DNA from: Perkinsus olseni | Taxonomy: Eukaryota | Direction of reading: 5' to 3' | Assembly (NCBI GenBank): GCA_013115125.1 | Contig: JABANN010000186.1 | Coordinates: 1-55,252 of the forward strand | Length of the DNA stretch: 55,252 nt | Notes under the pieces: model-generated | Database searches by the model: none | The model's input: the letters and a program-made list of their open reading frames with translations, nothing else | Told to the model about the DNA's origin: nothing | Made by a program: the position numbers and the translations under genes | Shown here: positions 11,815-24,409 of the stretch, piece after piece | How the letters are laid out: the number at the start of each line of letters is the position of its first letter | How positions within the stretch are numbered: position 1 is the stretch's first letter

Positions 11815-13093
11815 TCAAATGATCTGCTTGATCTCCAAGAAGGCCCGCATGTAGTGCAATTGCAATGCCGCCAAGATCAGCACACTGGACAGATGTGCTA
11901 CTGTCCACCAAAGAACTCGAGAGTTCGTCGACTCTGCTGTGTCTGTCATGTTCGGCAAAAACAATCTCAACAGGATAGCGAGCAGCAATGCGCAGCTTAC
12001 TGCGATGCACCGCCTCTCTCGCAACGCTATAACGCTGCTGATCCATCAGAGTATCGACCTGTGCACGGTGATTATGAAGACCCACTTTACTACCTATTTA
12101 CTGTCGCACCTTGCTCTTCAGTATCTCCACGAGGTACTTCAGTTCATTGGTATGATCGGTGGTCGCCGCTTGGTCCCCCCCTCGTGACCCATTCTGGCTA
12201 TCGGATTTCTGGAAATAAAAGCTGTAATAGAAGCCTGGGCCCTTCGACCCCCTAGTGGTGAGTGGCACTCACCACTAGGGGGTCGAAGGGCCCACTCACT
12301 GAGTGCTATGTATTTGAGTTGCATTGGAAGCCTGTTGGGCTGGGCTGGGGTAACATGTACACAATTATTATCAGCCTCCGTAGCTCAGTCGGTAGAGCGC
12401 GGCCCTTTTAAGGCCGTGGTCGTGGGTTCGAGCCCCGCCGGAGGTGTTTTTCCAGCGTAAAAATCCGAGACGCGCGTTGCCTTGCGATTAGGTGACACGA
12501 TTACCTTCTCTATTCGAAGACTGAAACTAACTGTCTGAACGCCCTTCGTCCTCGAGGCAAAACATAGCTTGTACGTTCCTGGCTGGCCTGGCAACATTGG
12601 ATAGTACGTTACCAACCTCGGATTGCACATAGTACAAATTCGACAATACGCGCGCGTAAACTCACTGACGGGGACCGCTAGACGACCCTTGTGGTCGTGG
12701 CCCTCCCATACAGAACTGGGGGTTCCACCATCTACTCTCGTCACCGTGGCCACAACCCCTGAGAGGTGGCTGCATCCTGTCGATTTCCTACTCAGCTGCT
12801 TCGAACTTCTTAGCTCACCTTCGTAGCCGTTTCTCCCCACACTGTCATAGCTCCCTTCAATGACTGAGCCAGAATCCACTTCCGGGAGGCCGAAGCATTC
12901 AACTAAAGTTCAGAGAATGTCAAGCACGCACACTGTTAGTTCGATCTCTCCACTAGAACCTTCATGAGTAAAGAGCTCGGCTCTGCAGAGACTTACCCTG
13001 GGCGTGGGGCTTGAGTTCGAAGAACAGCGCCGCCACCTCTGACAGGTGCGAAACAAATCCGATGATACCGATGGTAGCAAGCTTGATCATCAT
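11815..13093 (-). CDS. emp24/gp25L/p24 family (GOLD domain) ER-Golgi cargo receptor, multi-exon
   Basis: Signal peptide plus LFFELKPHAQ|VECF, GTYKLCF...TVSFSL (GOLD), coiled coil VDTLMDQQRYSVAREAVHR, and ESTNSRVLWW-TM-YMRAFLEIKQII*. GT-AG junctions checked in frame for several introns. Confidence 0.9.
12236..12294. repeat. Perfect palindrome, 29-bp arms, 1-nt spacer
   Basis: TGGGCCCTTCGACCCCCTAGTGGTGAGTG-G-CACTCACCACTAGGGGGTCGAAGGGCCCA. Confidence 0.95.
12374..12446 (+). tRNA. tRNA-Lys(UUU)
   Basis: Full cloverleaf: acceptor GCCTCCG/CGGAGGT, D arm GCTC..GAGC, anticodon arm CGGCC-CTTTTAA-GGCCG, T arm GTGGG-TTCGAGC-CCCGC, followed by a TTTTT Pol III terminator. Confidence 0.95.
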
Positions 13094-13334
13094 GAAAGCA
13101 AGAGGAGCCCTAGAACGACGCAAGTTGCCCCACATCGCGGCGGATCTCATAGGATTTTTTCGGGATTATCACCTCCATTTTCATCAAATTGATACATACA
13201 AACACGCGAATTGCGCGGACGAATGGTAACGGCTCTTCAAAAGGTTCGGCAGATATCCTTCTGAGGGCACACTCAGCAACTCAACGAGCTTACACGATAC
13301 CGAAAGTCTGTTGTTGAACGGAGAGAAGAGAGGT

Positions 13335-16276
13335 TCACTTGTATTTCGCAAATTCGAGAGTCATTGCCTCGCAAGCGCTGCTGGCTTTGAATCCAATGTC
13401 GGCCTCTTCCGCTATTCTTGTCATCTCGTCATCAGTGAGCTCGAACGAGCTGACCGTAGTCATATTGGAAGCAACCCTTTTAAGGTTGCTTGTCTTGGGG
13501 ATCGTAACGATACCTGCGACGGCTAAAATCGTGGCAGCAAGTATGTTCCCGCTGCGTCGTCAGAACCGCTGCAGCGCCAAGCTGGACGCATACCAAAAGC
13601 GAATAACGTCTCTATTGTTAAACAGGGTCTCTCGGGCTAACTCCAATCCGTGCGCTTCAGATAATTGCCGAGCTTTGCTCACGACTTCGGGTGGGAGCGG
13701 CTGAGCTTGGTATTTCCTCGGAGGCCTTAACGGTCATACTCACAATGCACGACGCGCTCTCCGAAGCTCGTAGTACACGGGTTCTATGAGTGATGATGCT
13801 ATTATCATGAAAGCATATCATACATCAATACAGTGCGGTCGAAAAAGGGTCACAGCTTAAATGGTCCAGATCAGCTGTGGACAAAATTTTCCGACCAGAC
13901 TGTATCTATGATGAGGGATGATGCGATGAGAGTAATGACATTCTTCTTCTTCTTCTTCTTCTTCTTCTTCTTGTGCAGCACCCCTTCGACCGGGCAGGTG
14001 ATAGCCAGTATAGGGGTATAGCTGCGGGCTCAGTTGCTGCCTGAGCCCTGGTAGGAACATAGAGATAGCACGTTACACCGCACAGGGTACTATAGCTGTA
14101 ATGACATTAATCAATATGGGTACGATGATTGAACGGGTTTATAGATTGAATAAAAACGATTTAGCGGTGATGAGGGCCTCTGAGGGTTTCTGAGGGCGAT
14201 TGCGCCCGCACAATTACTACCAGATTGTAGTGCCCAACGGAGGCAGACATCAGCCTCCTGCACTCCATGAGCGGCTGCTACGTCCTGGACGACCCGATTA
14301 TCCTTAGAACCGAACATCTTGCATCGTGCTAGCGGGCAGAACCCCATGATCACTATGCCGTGTTTATCACAGTACCTGGGCTTGACGATTCTCAGTAATA
14401 ACCAGTCTGGCTGAGCGGGGCTTCCAGGACACCGACTACACTTGAATTTGACCATATTATGCGGCGGTTCATTTCATTTCTATTAGCTAAGAATTGGACG
14501 CAGAGACATACATCGCGAAGGGCTTGATGCAAGCATATGATCGAAAAGCATGATTCACAATATACTCTGGACCGAGTTGCGGGTCGAAATGGCCAGAGAG
14601 CCACGCCAGCCGAGAAGACGTCCCCCAAGCGGGCGTGGGCTACCAGCACTGCGCAGAGGTCCATCCCAAACCGGAGCGACGGAGGCGCGATGCGGGTGCT
14701 ACCTTCTAAGCTCTTTCTGCTGCAACCATGGGTGCAGCTCTACTTGGTTAACTGCTGGATACTCGTCTCCAGTGGCTTCAACCAGGTTTTCGATCTGCTC
14801 GATACCGAAGTTGGACACTCCGATAAATCGGCATTTCCCCTGAGATGTCAAACCTCCATCCCCACCACCTACTTTCCGAGGACCCAACACGGGAGAGAGA
14901 AGAAAAACTAATTGCGGTCTGCAATTCGCCGATGGGCAGGTCCTCGGTTCAGGGCGCGTGAGGGCGGGCTCTCATCATCATGGTACCCTGGCTTTTTTGT
15001 GCCATTTTCCCGATGGTCGGGTTAGCGTACTTCTGCAGTGCAGAAGTGAGATTCTGAGAAGGCACTGCGCGCCCTCATCATCACAATCCTCAGCCTCTCA
15101 TTTGATGCATTTTTCGATGGTTCTGTTAGCGTTCTTCTGTACTGCGTGGTGCGAGAATACGGCCGGCGCACCATTCAGAAGTGCGTTTTGTCAGTCACTG
15201 ACCAACGCACTTCCGAATGGTGACTGACCGTCAGTGGTAGAGTGGATGACTGTTAATCAGTAAGTCATCAATTCGAATCACGGCGCATCGACATCCGGCT
15301 CTGAGACCCGAACTGAGAGCCGGGCTCTCCACCTTCGCATAGTGGTATTTACGAAATTCGCATCAACTCATTTCCGCGCTGCGACAGCCGAGCCGCATTG
15401 TAGTATTCATAAAACCGTAACCTACATTTACTACCTCATGCCGAAGCCTCTTCAGCGTGCACCAAGTCTCCACCAGCTTCCCTCCGGCAGGGGTGTGTAT
15501 CAGTACCAAATCCGCATAGTCCGTCTTCAACTTCGCCAAGCTCTCTTCAATGCTCACTCTCGTCGCACGCTCGCCGTGATTCAACTGATTAACCTGAATA
15601 GTACCAAGCCACTATGGTATCGATAATGCCACCCATCAAGTATCCCTTTCGATCAAGCAATCCACCACACGGTGAAAGCAAACTCCGTTCGAGAAAATCC
15701 AGATAGGGGTTGCTCAACTAAAATGATTATTCCAATATTCCCCTCCATTCTGATTAAAGATGCGTCCCTGTAAGGTGTGTTAATCCCCCGGCGGACCATA
15801 TCGCGGCGCGCAGCACTTAACAGACAATTTCATATCACGATAGTCGCCGACACACAGCTCAGTTCCTGTCGACTCCGCGGTGGTACCGCTCGTTCCATCC
15901 CTCATTCTCGCATACCACCGCGCACCTTTATCCCCAGTGGCACACCCACCATGAACAGCAGGTACTAGTCAATAACTCTCTCACAGGTCTACTACACCAG
16001 TGAAGCATACCCAGCCGCTACTACCTTAGTCACAATAAAAATATCTTCCCTAAGGACCCCAGACTCCACCACGCCTTGCCCCACTTCCTCCTCGTTCTCG
16101 TACATCTGCGCTGTGTCGATCAATCTGTATCCACATTGCAGAGCATATTTCACAGCCTCTCGGCATTCACCGTCGTTCGCCAGCCACGTGCCGAGCCCGA
16201 AAGTCGGGATGCTGCCTCCCCCCTTGGAAGAAGCCAACTCCAGAGACTGCGGGGTGTCTGGCAAAGACGATGACAT
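13335..16276 (-). CDS. Aldo-keto reductase (AKR superfamily), multi-exon
   Basis: [82 protein letters not shown] and [11 protein letters not shown] occur across about 5 exons. Confidence 0.92.
13941..13972 (+). repeat. (TTC)n microsatellite in an AKR intron
   Basis: About 10 TTC units. Confidence 0.95.
15169..15222. repeat. Imperfect palindrome, ~26-bp arms, 1-nt spacer
   Basis: CACCATTCAGAAGTGCGTTTTGTCAGT-C-ACTGACCAACGCACTTCCGAATGGTG. Confidence 0.85.
15222..15290 (+). pseudogene. Degenerate tRNA-Asn(GUU)-like sequence in an AKR intron
   Basis: D-arm-like GTCAGTGGTAGAGT, anticodon loop TGA-CTGTTAA-TCA and T-loop-like TTCGAATC. Acceptor and T stems are broken. Confidence 0.6.
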
Positions 16277-16454
16277 TCTCAAGCTACTCCAATGCTGACG
16301 AATATAACCCAGTAGCTTTAACCTACGGCTCGCTGCCTTCAACAGGATTTTCTCATCACTATCTGCGTCGGATCTACACTTATCTGTTGCAACTGCAACA
16401 CAACAGTACCGTCAAGCGCCAGAATGGAGCAACTTTGTGAGACAGCAGAGAGTA

Positions 16455-17207
16455 CTAATTATTTGCAGTGCTAGTAGCAGAAGTAGTGGTGGTTGCATTG
16501 GGAGTGGTAGTGGTAGTATTAGTCGTGGTAGTAGCAGTAGAAGAGCAAGCAAAACAGGTACATGCAGGTATGGTAGCATTCTGGCAAAGATCGCATCCAC
16601 AACACTTAACATGATACTTATCATCATCACCCAATTGTTGATAAACTGGAAAATTCTTCCTCTCGCCAGACACAGAGGAAGAGGAGGGGCGTGAGATCGA
16701 AGGACCACCATACTCGTCGTTTCCGCTTGACAAATACTGATTATTACTTTTTGCTGATCTCGCTGCTGCTGATGCATTAATCAGCCTAGCAGGCACCACC
16801 GCTTGAGCGATATCATCCACACTGGTGTCCACGAATTCAAACCTCAGAATGAAAAAAGTCAGACGAAAAAGAACAATAATCAGCATCAAACACCTACGAG
16901 CAAATCCCATACCCAGCATGACCCCATCCAGTACCGCTGTTATCCATAAAAACAAATATCCCACCACCCGGAACGCTGTCATCCAAGTCAAATCCGATGA
17001 TTACAAAAGCATGTGACCCTTGGACGCGCAGTCGCTGCTGCTGCTGCTGCTGTTCCTGCTCCTGCTCGGTCGACTGAGATTGAGGGATGACGTCAATCGA
17101 ACTCTCGTAGTCACGACGTGGTCGTGGGCAAAATGGGTGCTATTCATAAAGCCATAACCGATATATGCCCATTCTCGAAACAACCAAATTGGACTACCCA
17201 TTTCCAT
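16455..17207 (-). CDS. Hypothetical membrane protein with Cys cluster and Thr-rich tail (multi-exon, structure uncertain)
   Basis: Hydrophobic helix FRVVGYLFLWITAVLDGVMLGMGF, KCCGCDLC...CTCFAC and a poly-Thr tail. Confidence 0.45.
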
Positions 17208-17340
17208 TATGCATCACTCATTTCCATGAACATATAATACGCCGCTCGAAAGTCTGGAATGTTTGGTACCCCGCGAACTGAATACAAGACTTTCTTCAAA
17301 AAAAAAGAAAGCGCTATCTTGAGGGAGCCTCTCTGCCGTT

Positions 17341-17403
17341 ATAGTCCATCTTCTGACGAATTGCGTGAAGAATCTTCACGCAACTCGTCAGAAGATGGAC
17401 TAT
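17341..17403. repeat. Near-perfect palindrome, 31-bp arms, 1-nt spacer, 1 mismatch
   Basis: ATAGTCCATCTTCTGACGAATTGCGTGAAGA-A-TCTTCACGCAACTCGTCAGAAGATGGACTAT. Confidence 0.95.
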
Positions 17404-19515
17404 CTGCACTAACGGCATCTTCACTGAAGATGTACTTGTATTAATATACCACATTTCGCGTTACTTGCCCTTCTCTCTCATTTTCTTGATTGTATACTGA
17501 ACCCCCTAACAATATATTTCTTATTATTTTCCTCCATATGAGATAGCCATACACACAGTGTTCCACAACGTCAGCCTCAACATCGTGCGAAAAATCTAAA
17601 ATGTTGTATCCTTCTGAGAGGGAGCTTACTATTTTTACTATTCCACTATCAAATAAGGAAAAGGTAACATGCAATACGTTCTTGTTGCTTTGCGTTGCTC
17701 TATCCTTCACGCCATAGTAAGCGCCTCTTCTCCTGTCATTAATATGTTTTCGTACTCCCACCGCCACAGCACACGCCGTTTGGACGAGCACTCTCCTTAT
17801 GAGTAATGATAAACCAACTGCCGGATAACTACCGTACGCCCACGCCTTCAACGGCAGTATCGCCAGTGACGTCTTCGCATCAGCATTGTCATTATCGACC
17901 ACCCTATGATAGGCTCCTAAGAAGATGAAAATTATAATAGGACAAACACCGATGTGCATTCCCGTTTCCGTCTGCGCATCTCCTCGGCATCGACGAAAGA
18001 GAGGCCGATCAAAAAAGACGAAAAGCGTCCGTATAGCCTAACGCAATCGAACAGCACCCGTGATGCTGGCAATCGTTGCGATCCGAATAACCAGTCAAGG
18101 GACACTACTGCCTGTCTACGAATCCCACGGAAAAACGGTCGATTCAAGATCAACTGTTGATTTTGAATCGACCGTTTGATCATCAACATCCCAGACTGGG
18201 ATTCCCAGTGAATACTGAATGCATACCTTCCGCTAGGGCCTCTCCAAAGCACGACCCATTTATTTTTTCAAGATTCTTTTTCGGCCACGCAGGCAAGAGG
18301 AAGTCCTCTTCTCTGAGCGCTCCACTACTGTCGTCTCTATCATCATCATGATCATCATAATTTTCGCCGGTTACTCTGCCGCTCTGAACATCTCCATACG
18401 GTTGTTCCCGGGCGAGTACGATATTCCGGACATAACTCTCGGCCACGGTATAAAGTGCCAACCTCACACACTGATTCCTTAGCTCAGGTGGGTTAACGGT
18501 GACACGCAGTGATGGCAGTGGTGACACGTCGGCATCAGATAATGAGGAGGAGGCCACTCTGTCGTACACTTGCCCCGGTATACTGTATCTGGAAAGAACC
18601 GGGAAATGCAAGTCCCAGAATCACCATCGGGGGCAACCGACTTTAGCCGAAATTTTTCTTTCGGATTTGTCTGGTGACATGAGACTCCACAACGAGAAAG
18701 AGGTGCGCTCTGCCATGCGTTCCATGGTAGGCGTGTCCCGTCCAAAGCACCTCATCCTATACAAAGAGTTACAATTCACGGACAATTCTCTATCGTACAG
18801 CACTCTTCGTTTTCCCCATCAACTTCGGACACTTCAACTCAGGAATCAGTCGCAGTGGCACGACAGATTCTCACCTAGTAGCAGAGAAAGAGCCTATCAG
18901 CCGCGGAGACCTCCTTCCTCTACTGCACTCCTCCTTATCAGATTGTCTACTGGTAGAGCATGTCATGAATTTAGCTGCATATAAAGGGGCGTGCAAGATG
19001 GAGCTGTCATCAATGCTATACTCCCTCTAACGCAGTGTGCCGGTGGGTGAAGATGATAGTTGCTCCCCTCACACTCTGCCATAGCAGCAGCATCGAGAAG
19101 ACAAATGAAAATTATCTACTCATCCACCTACTATCACCATCACCAATGAGACGACGGTATAAACCAAAACCATCGTCTGGAATCATGCTCGTAGTGATAA
19201 CGAATGAACGCGCGATCACCGCCGATAACTACGGAAGATGATATAATTCAAATTTATTCGACAAGTTTTGTCCGAGCAAACTTCTTCCAAAGCCTCGAAT
19301 AACCTTCCTGCCAGCGTGTGAGATCCTCTCATCTCACTCGCCAGGACCTCAACGTACACTCATAACGCTCAAGCTCTACCATACGGATTCAGACTAGTCG
19401 AGAAAGATACCAGCACACATGCCCGCCCAGGCCTCCCCCCTTCTGCACGGACGTGTTCCGCCTTGAAATAACCTCCGCTGGCCTCGCCAGTGCTCTAAGC
19501 ATAAAACCCTCTCTA

Positions 19516-19756
19516 CAACCTAAGATACCCGGCAGGATACAAAATGACCTCCCTCGCCGCGTAATCAAACTTTTCCCGCGCGCCCATTAATTCCCTTCAA
19601 CCTAAGATACTAGGCAGGATGCGAAGTGACCTCCCTCGCCGCGTAATCAAACTTTTCCCGCGCGCCCATTAATTCCCTTCAACCTAAGATACCCGGCAGG
19701 ATGCGAAGTGACCTCCCTCGCCGCGTAATCCAACTTTTCCCGCGCGCCCATTAATT
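19516..19756. repeat. Tandem repeat, 82-bp unit, about 2.9 copies
   Basis: CAACCTAAGATAC...CTTTTCCCGCGCGCCCATTAATT starts at 19516, 19598 and 19680. Confidence 0.95.
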
Positions 19757-19978
19757 AATAACAAAAGATTCCTCTTCGTAACCAAGCCAGCACATATGCG
19801 AGAACTCAACCGAGAATGGTGGAAATCATCATCAGCAAATTGTTGCCAACAACGGTGACGACGGTAAAGGTACTGCTGCGAGTAACGAGCCGTTCGGCTA
19901 TTGTACACGCAATCGGTCGATAAGGACCAGCTGATCAACCTTCATACTGCAAAAGCGTATCTTTCACAAGGAGCAGAC

Positions 19979-21971
19979 TTATAAAGCTGCCTCTTCTTGG
20001 GCGACCTCAGCGGCGGCCTTCCTGGCAGCTTCTTCTTCGCGCTCCTGTTTCCGCAATGCTGCCACTGAAAGGAAAACTGCCATAGGGGAGGAGAATAGAG
20101 TATCTTTGTATTTGCGTAATGCCAGCTTCAACCTATGATGCTCAATGATGAATCGCATGAGACATGCTAACTCTAGACCCCCTGTTCGATTCTGGGACTG
20201 AATTTTACACGTAAAATGTGGTACCAGAATCGTTCCTGAGTTTCAAAATTGGTTTACTGAGCACCTCCGGAATAACTGAGCTGACCTTAAACGATATCTG
20301 ATTATCACTAAGATACTATCTGAGGTCAGCTCAATGCAATCGATCGCGTGATCGATAACGAAGCAGATTTACTCACGTCTTTGGCGTTCCGGCTTCGGAG
20401 GTCGATGACGCTTCGATTTGCCAGTCGGGGGATGTTGCTGTTGAGGAGATGCTGCTGCTGCTCTGCCTTCGGGGACGATCGCGGACGCCGGTGAAACTGA
20501 GCCACATTGGGAACGCCGATGAATAGACGAAGATCCAAGAGAATCTTGGGTTGACGGTGGAGTCAGATAAAAAGAAAGATACTATTCCAAGGCACAGAGA
20601 ACCGCAGTAAACTTATATGTGAAAATCTTCGAGAAAAAAACAGAAAGACGTTCAGCATTATCTAGCTTTTCTAAACGCCACTTCGAACAATACCACACCT
20701 TCGCCATCTCTGAATTCCCTGGCGCGCGAGAATTGCCATGCCCTTACCCGTAGCGTTCGTTGCCTCGAAGTTCTCAGTAGTAGCAGTAGCAGCGACGGGC
20801 GCAGCTGCGCTCTCTCCTCCGTCCTCTGGGCTGGAGGGAGAGGCAGAAGGGGAAGATGCCGATCCCGAAATTGGAGTGTCCGCTTCTGTCGGTATGCTGA
20901 GCTCTGTCGTGGCTTCATCAGGTGTTGAGGAACCAGCAGGAAACCTGACCGCGCGCCACGAAATTGACAGCGCCACGGACGACATCAGAGAGGATCATAC
21001 ATACTGTCACAGCGCATACACTACCGCGCGCCACGAAATTCCTCCTACCCACTACGTCATCCACCATCACAGAATACACTACACGCACCGATCTACAAGG
21101 ACAGAATTTTCCCGCGCGCCACGAAATTACCCCCAAGCGGAGTAGCGAGGCCACCCCCCTCACCCTGTAGCTTCCTCACTCTCCGGCACTGACGATACCG
21201 GCGATGACGATGATGGGGTCGTCGGGGGCCTGACATAACTATACCGATCGAAGCCCATACATACCAGACAACTTACTCGGGTAGGTCCTTCGGTCTGCCG
21301 CGGTAGACAGGATCGTTAAACCGCAATTCAGGCACCTTCCGCTGGTACGCCCCCCTCCCTTCTCTCTCCTGCTCGACCACACCGTCCGTCGCAGCCACAG
21401 GACTTGGCGTCTCAGCAGTCGTGGAATCAGTCATCGGCGTTTCGACCGAGATAGTTAGCTTCTCTTTCCGAGATCTTGGCTGTTCCGTCGGCACTTCCAC
21501 TCTCTCCTCCTCAGCCGGGTAGTACACTCTCCTCACACTCTCATCATCGTCCGCCCTCCTGGTACTCCTGCCGCTGCAGCAACGACCGACCAGCCAGGCG
21601 GTCATGAGGCCGCCGAGGGTACCCCAGGCGAGGCCTAACCAGTACTCAACTCTACCGAAGACGGCGCGCATGTCGCCGCTAGCGAATAGTAGTTCTGCGC
21701 TCCCGGAGGAGATGACGTTCGCTAGAGCCTCGGGGCTCCACTCCAATTTCCCGCTTTTTCTATCAGTTTCGTCCTCATCCAAGTCGACCAGACACAGAGC
21801 ATAGCGACCATCACCATCACCAGCAGGCATGTTAACAGGGACGCAATTTCGTGGCGCGTGACGCTTCACCTCGTCCACCGCGGAGTCCATCCATTCTCGC
21901 AAGTAGGAGCATCCATGCTGGGGCCCGAGTATTGCTAGTATTATCGGAGCCAATGCGTAGAAGGGCGACAT
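19979..21971 (-). CDS. Putative signal-peptide/TM protein with Ser/Thr/Glu-rich tail, multi-exon
   Basis: ORF 21273-21971 has a hydrophobic N-terminus and a TM (WLGLAWGTLGGLMTAWLV) and ends at a gtaagt donor. Downstream S/T/E-rich exon-like segments and a last-exon-like AALRKQEREEEAARKAAAEVAQEEAAL* follow. Linking these into one gene is inference. Confidence 0.4.
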
Positions 21972-22693
21972 CAGCTCGTAGAAGACAAGTCAAGAAAAAT
22001 ACTAATACAATGAAAACTTCGCTCCGCCTACCCCAACTCGACAACACCTCCGCTGTTTAGTACATCACAAAGGAACTCTCACCATGCAAAATCATCTCAA
22101 AATCGGTACTTTCACCGACGGAGCGAAGCGAAGGCTCCTCGCTGAGGGCGTGCCGGTGTACCTGAGGAGAAGACAATCCAGCTGAATACGAGTGCTAGCG
22201 GAACTACTTGGTCGGCCCCTCCCTTGCCTGAACATATAACGAGGTCATCAAAGGTTGCACACGCACGCCCAAACCAGAGGACTTCTTCTCAATATGCTTC
22301 CTTACTCGAACGGGAACTACCTCTCGCCTCTCATCTCGATGGCCGCTGGTCCTACTCCCACTCCGACCACCTTTGGCGCCATCCTTACCCCCCTTACTTT
22401 GACCGCTCGAACGCCCCACCCCGGTTCGATCCCGGCTCCTGTCATTTCTCTCCACCCCAAATAACACCCCTCCAGCTAGCCCGATACAGAATACCAACAG
22501 AGCTTCCAATGCAGCCGTAGAAGCAGGCAGACCCTCAGCGGCCACTTCAACCTCCATGGCATCCCCCGGCGCGAGCAGACACGGTGCAGACAAGAGACCC
22601 GCGACGGCTAGAGGTGCCAGAAAGCAGCTCATCACGACAGCCAACAACACTAAGCACAGACTGGACATCAGGCACACGACAAGGAACCAGGTC

Positions 22694-22768
22694 GTCCCAT
22701 TCGGACTTCTTACCCTCAACGATCGAGTCCCATTCAGACTTCTTACCCTCAACGATCGAGTCCCATTC
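22694..22768. repeat. 33-bp tandem repeat, about 2.3 copies
   Basis: GTCCCATTC(G/A)GACTTCTTACCCTCAACGATCGA units start at 22694, 22727 and 22760. On the minus strand they read EWDSIVEGKKS. Confidence 0.9.
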
Positions 22769-23815
22769 CATACGCCTTGGCAACAGCAACCATTCTAGGC
22801 TCTAGCCTGGCCCTATTATCACCGTCAAAAGTGAATACTACGTCATCAGCCCAGAAAAAAACGCATTCCTAACAATACGCAACCTCACTAGCTTCATCAT
22901 GGCCCCTACAGTATAACCTCAAAGCACTACCAGCGGTATTAAGAAGCAAAGTACAGCACGCCCTCCCCTCTCGAGAAAGCTGCCCTCCCCCGGCGAACAG
23001 CTGCACGCTGTCCCCTTTTTTGTGTCATACATAGTGGCGGCGCCACGACACACTGTGCTTCTCATGGAGCACGTCCGTGTCGGTCCTCCATCAGCACTAC
23101 ACTCGACTCTCTCCTCCCACTAAGACCCTACGCTGCTCACGTGGATGTCTCAACAATCAGAGGGGAAAATTACAAGTGATTCGACCAAAAGATAAATAAT
23201 CATTGAAACTCCGCCCAGAAACAACTAAACACCCTTCACGTGAAGTCGCTGCTAACACCGCAACACCGGACATGCACCAACCAAAAGGCCCGCATGCCCC
23301 GGCCGCTGCCGCTCAACCCCTCGCAGCTGTCTCATAGTCCTGATTCCAATCCGGAAAAACTCTAGCCAGGCGTCGCTGACAAACACCGATTCCGCTCAAC
23401 TAAGCGATGGTTGTAAGAAGCCACCAAACCCAGCACTACCAAAGCCAGCTGTTTCATTGCCTTCATTCTCCACATGCGCCCCCTCACTGAAAACACTTAC
23501 GAGCATCACCCAACGTTCGCAACTCCTATCGATAGTACCTGCCGAACCTCGGCGCCGACTGCCTCTTCAAACCCGACTCCCGCGACTTGCCACCTCCCGC
23601 AGAGCCACCGACGGTTGCCTGAGAAAATCGCTCCCAGATGAAAAATAATATATAAATCCAACGAGATAGAAACAATGCACAAATCTAGCGAGCCGAGAGC
23701 CCAGCGAACCGTGTTCAATCGCTACAGTGAAACCGTCGGCTAGAGGCAGGCTGATTGGGTGATTTGTCGTATCGATACACGAGTAGGTCTTTGTAGGCCA
23801 GTGATACCCGATTCA

Positions 23816-24409
23816 TCAGGAGCGAAAGTCGCCGCCCGCCCAGCGCTCAAGAGTACCACAAAGAACGCATCTCGTGAGATTGCGACTCACCTCCGATCTC
23901 TCGACTGACTGCATATCCCCAGAAGTTGTTATCGACCCATTTTGTATCATCTTTTGAGGTGCCCATAGTCTCCTCGGCGAGGGCGGTGGTGGAATGCGCT
24001 CTTCCATGGGTGCTGGCAGCGCCAAAGGTGGAGAAACCGGGACGGAATAATTTCCCAGGCCAGGATCGAACCCAGGACCTCCAGGATAGTAATCAACACC
24101 CGGACCCCACTGGACTGCTGCCGGCCTCGTTTGATAATACTCCTCCGCAAAATCCGTAGGTGTCACGTCGCCCACTCTGTAGAGAGCACGCTTAACCTTT
24201 CGATACTTCTCCCACTTCGCATACCCAAAATACGATGCCACCGTCAGTACCAGCCCACACGCAGCAACCACAAATATTTCCGGGCGCGCGAGAATTCCGC
24301 CACCCTCCTCCGACGGACTATCCTCCTCAACAACCTCTATCCAGCCTCCCACAGTCGGGAACCTGCCACGGATGCCTCCTAACCCACTGACGAACGAAAC
24401 GAATTTCAA
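23816..24409 (-). CDS. Hypothetical single-pass membrane protein with Pro-rich tail
   Basis: TM IFVVAACGLVLTVASYFGY followed by a basic stop-transfer KWEKYRKVKR and a P-rich region. The true start is unclear. Confidence 0.45.
   Translation of the reverse strand: MKFVSFVSGLGGIRGRFPTVGGWIEVVEEDSPSEEGGGILARPEIFVVAACGLVLTVASYFGYAKWEKYRKVKRALYRVGDVTPTDFAEEYYQTRPAAVQWGPGVDYYPGGPGFDPGLGNYSVPVSPPLALPAPMEERIPPPPSPRRLWAPQKMIQNGSITTSGDMQSVERSEVSRNLTRCVLCGTLERWAGGDFRS

Noticed and set aside
12385-12879. 164-aa ORF running into the tRNA
   Set aside because: It is a read-through of p24 exons and introns, not an independent gene.
15395-17165. GYGFMN peptide in two nearby minus-strand ORFs (RNP1-like)
   Set aside because: One instance is in an AKR intron, and there is no surrounding RRM context or extended DNA similarity, so it is likely coincidence.
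19516-19756. CRISPR-like array
   Set aside because: The units are contiguous near-identical repeats with no unique spacers, no cas genes are present, and the context is eukaryotic.
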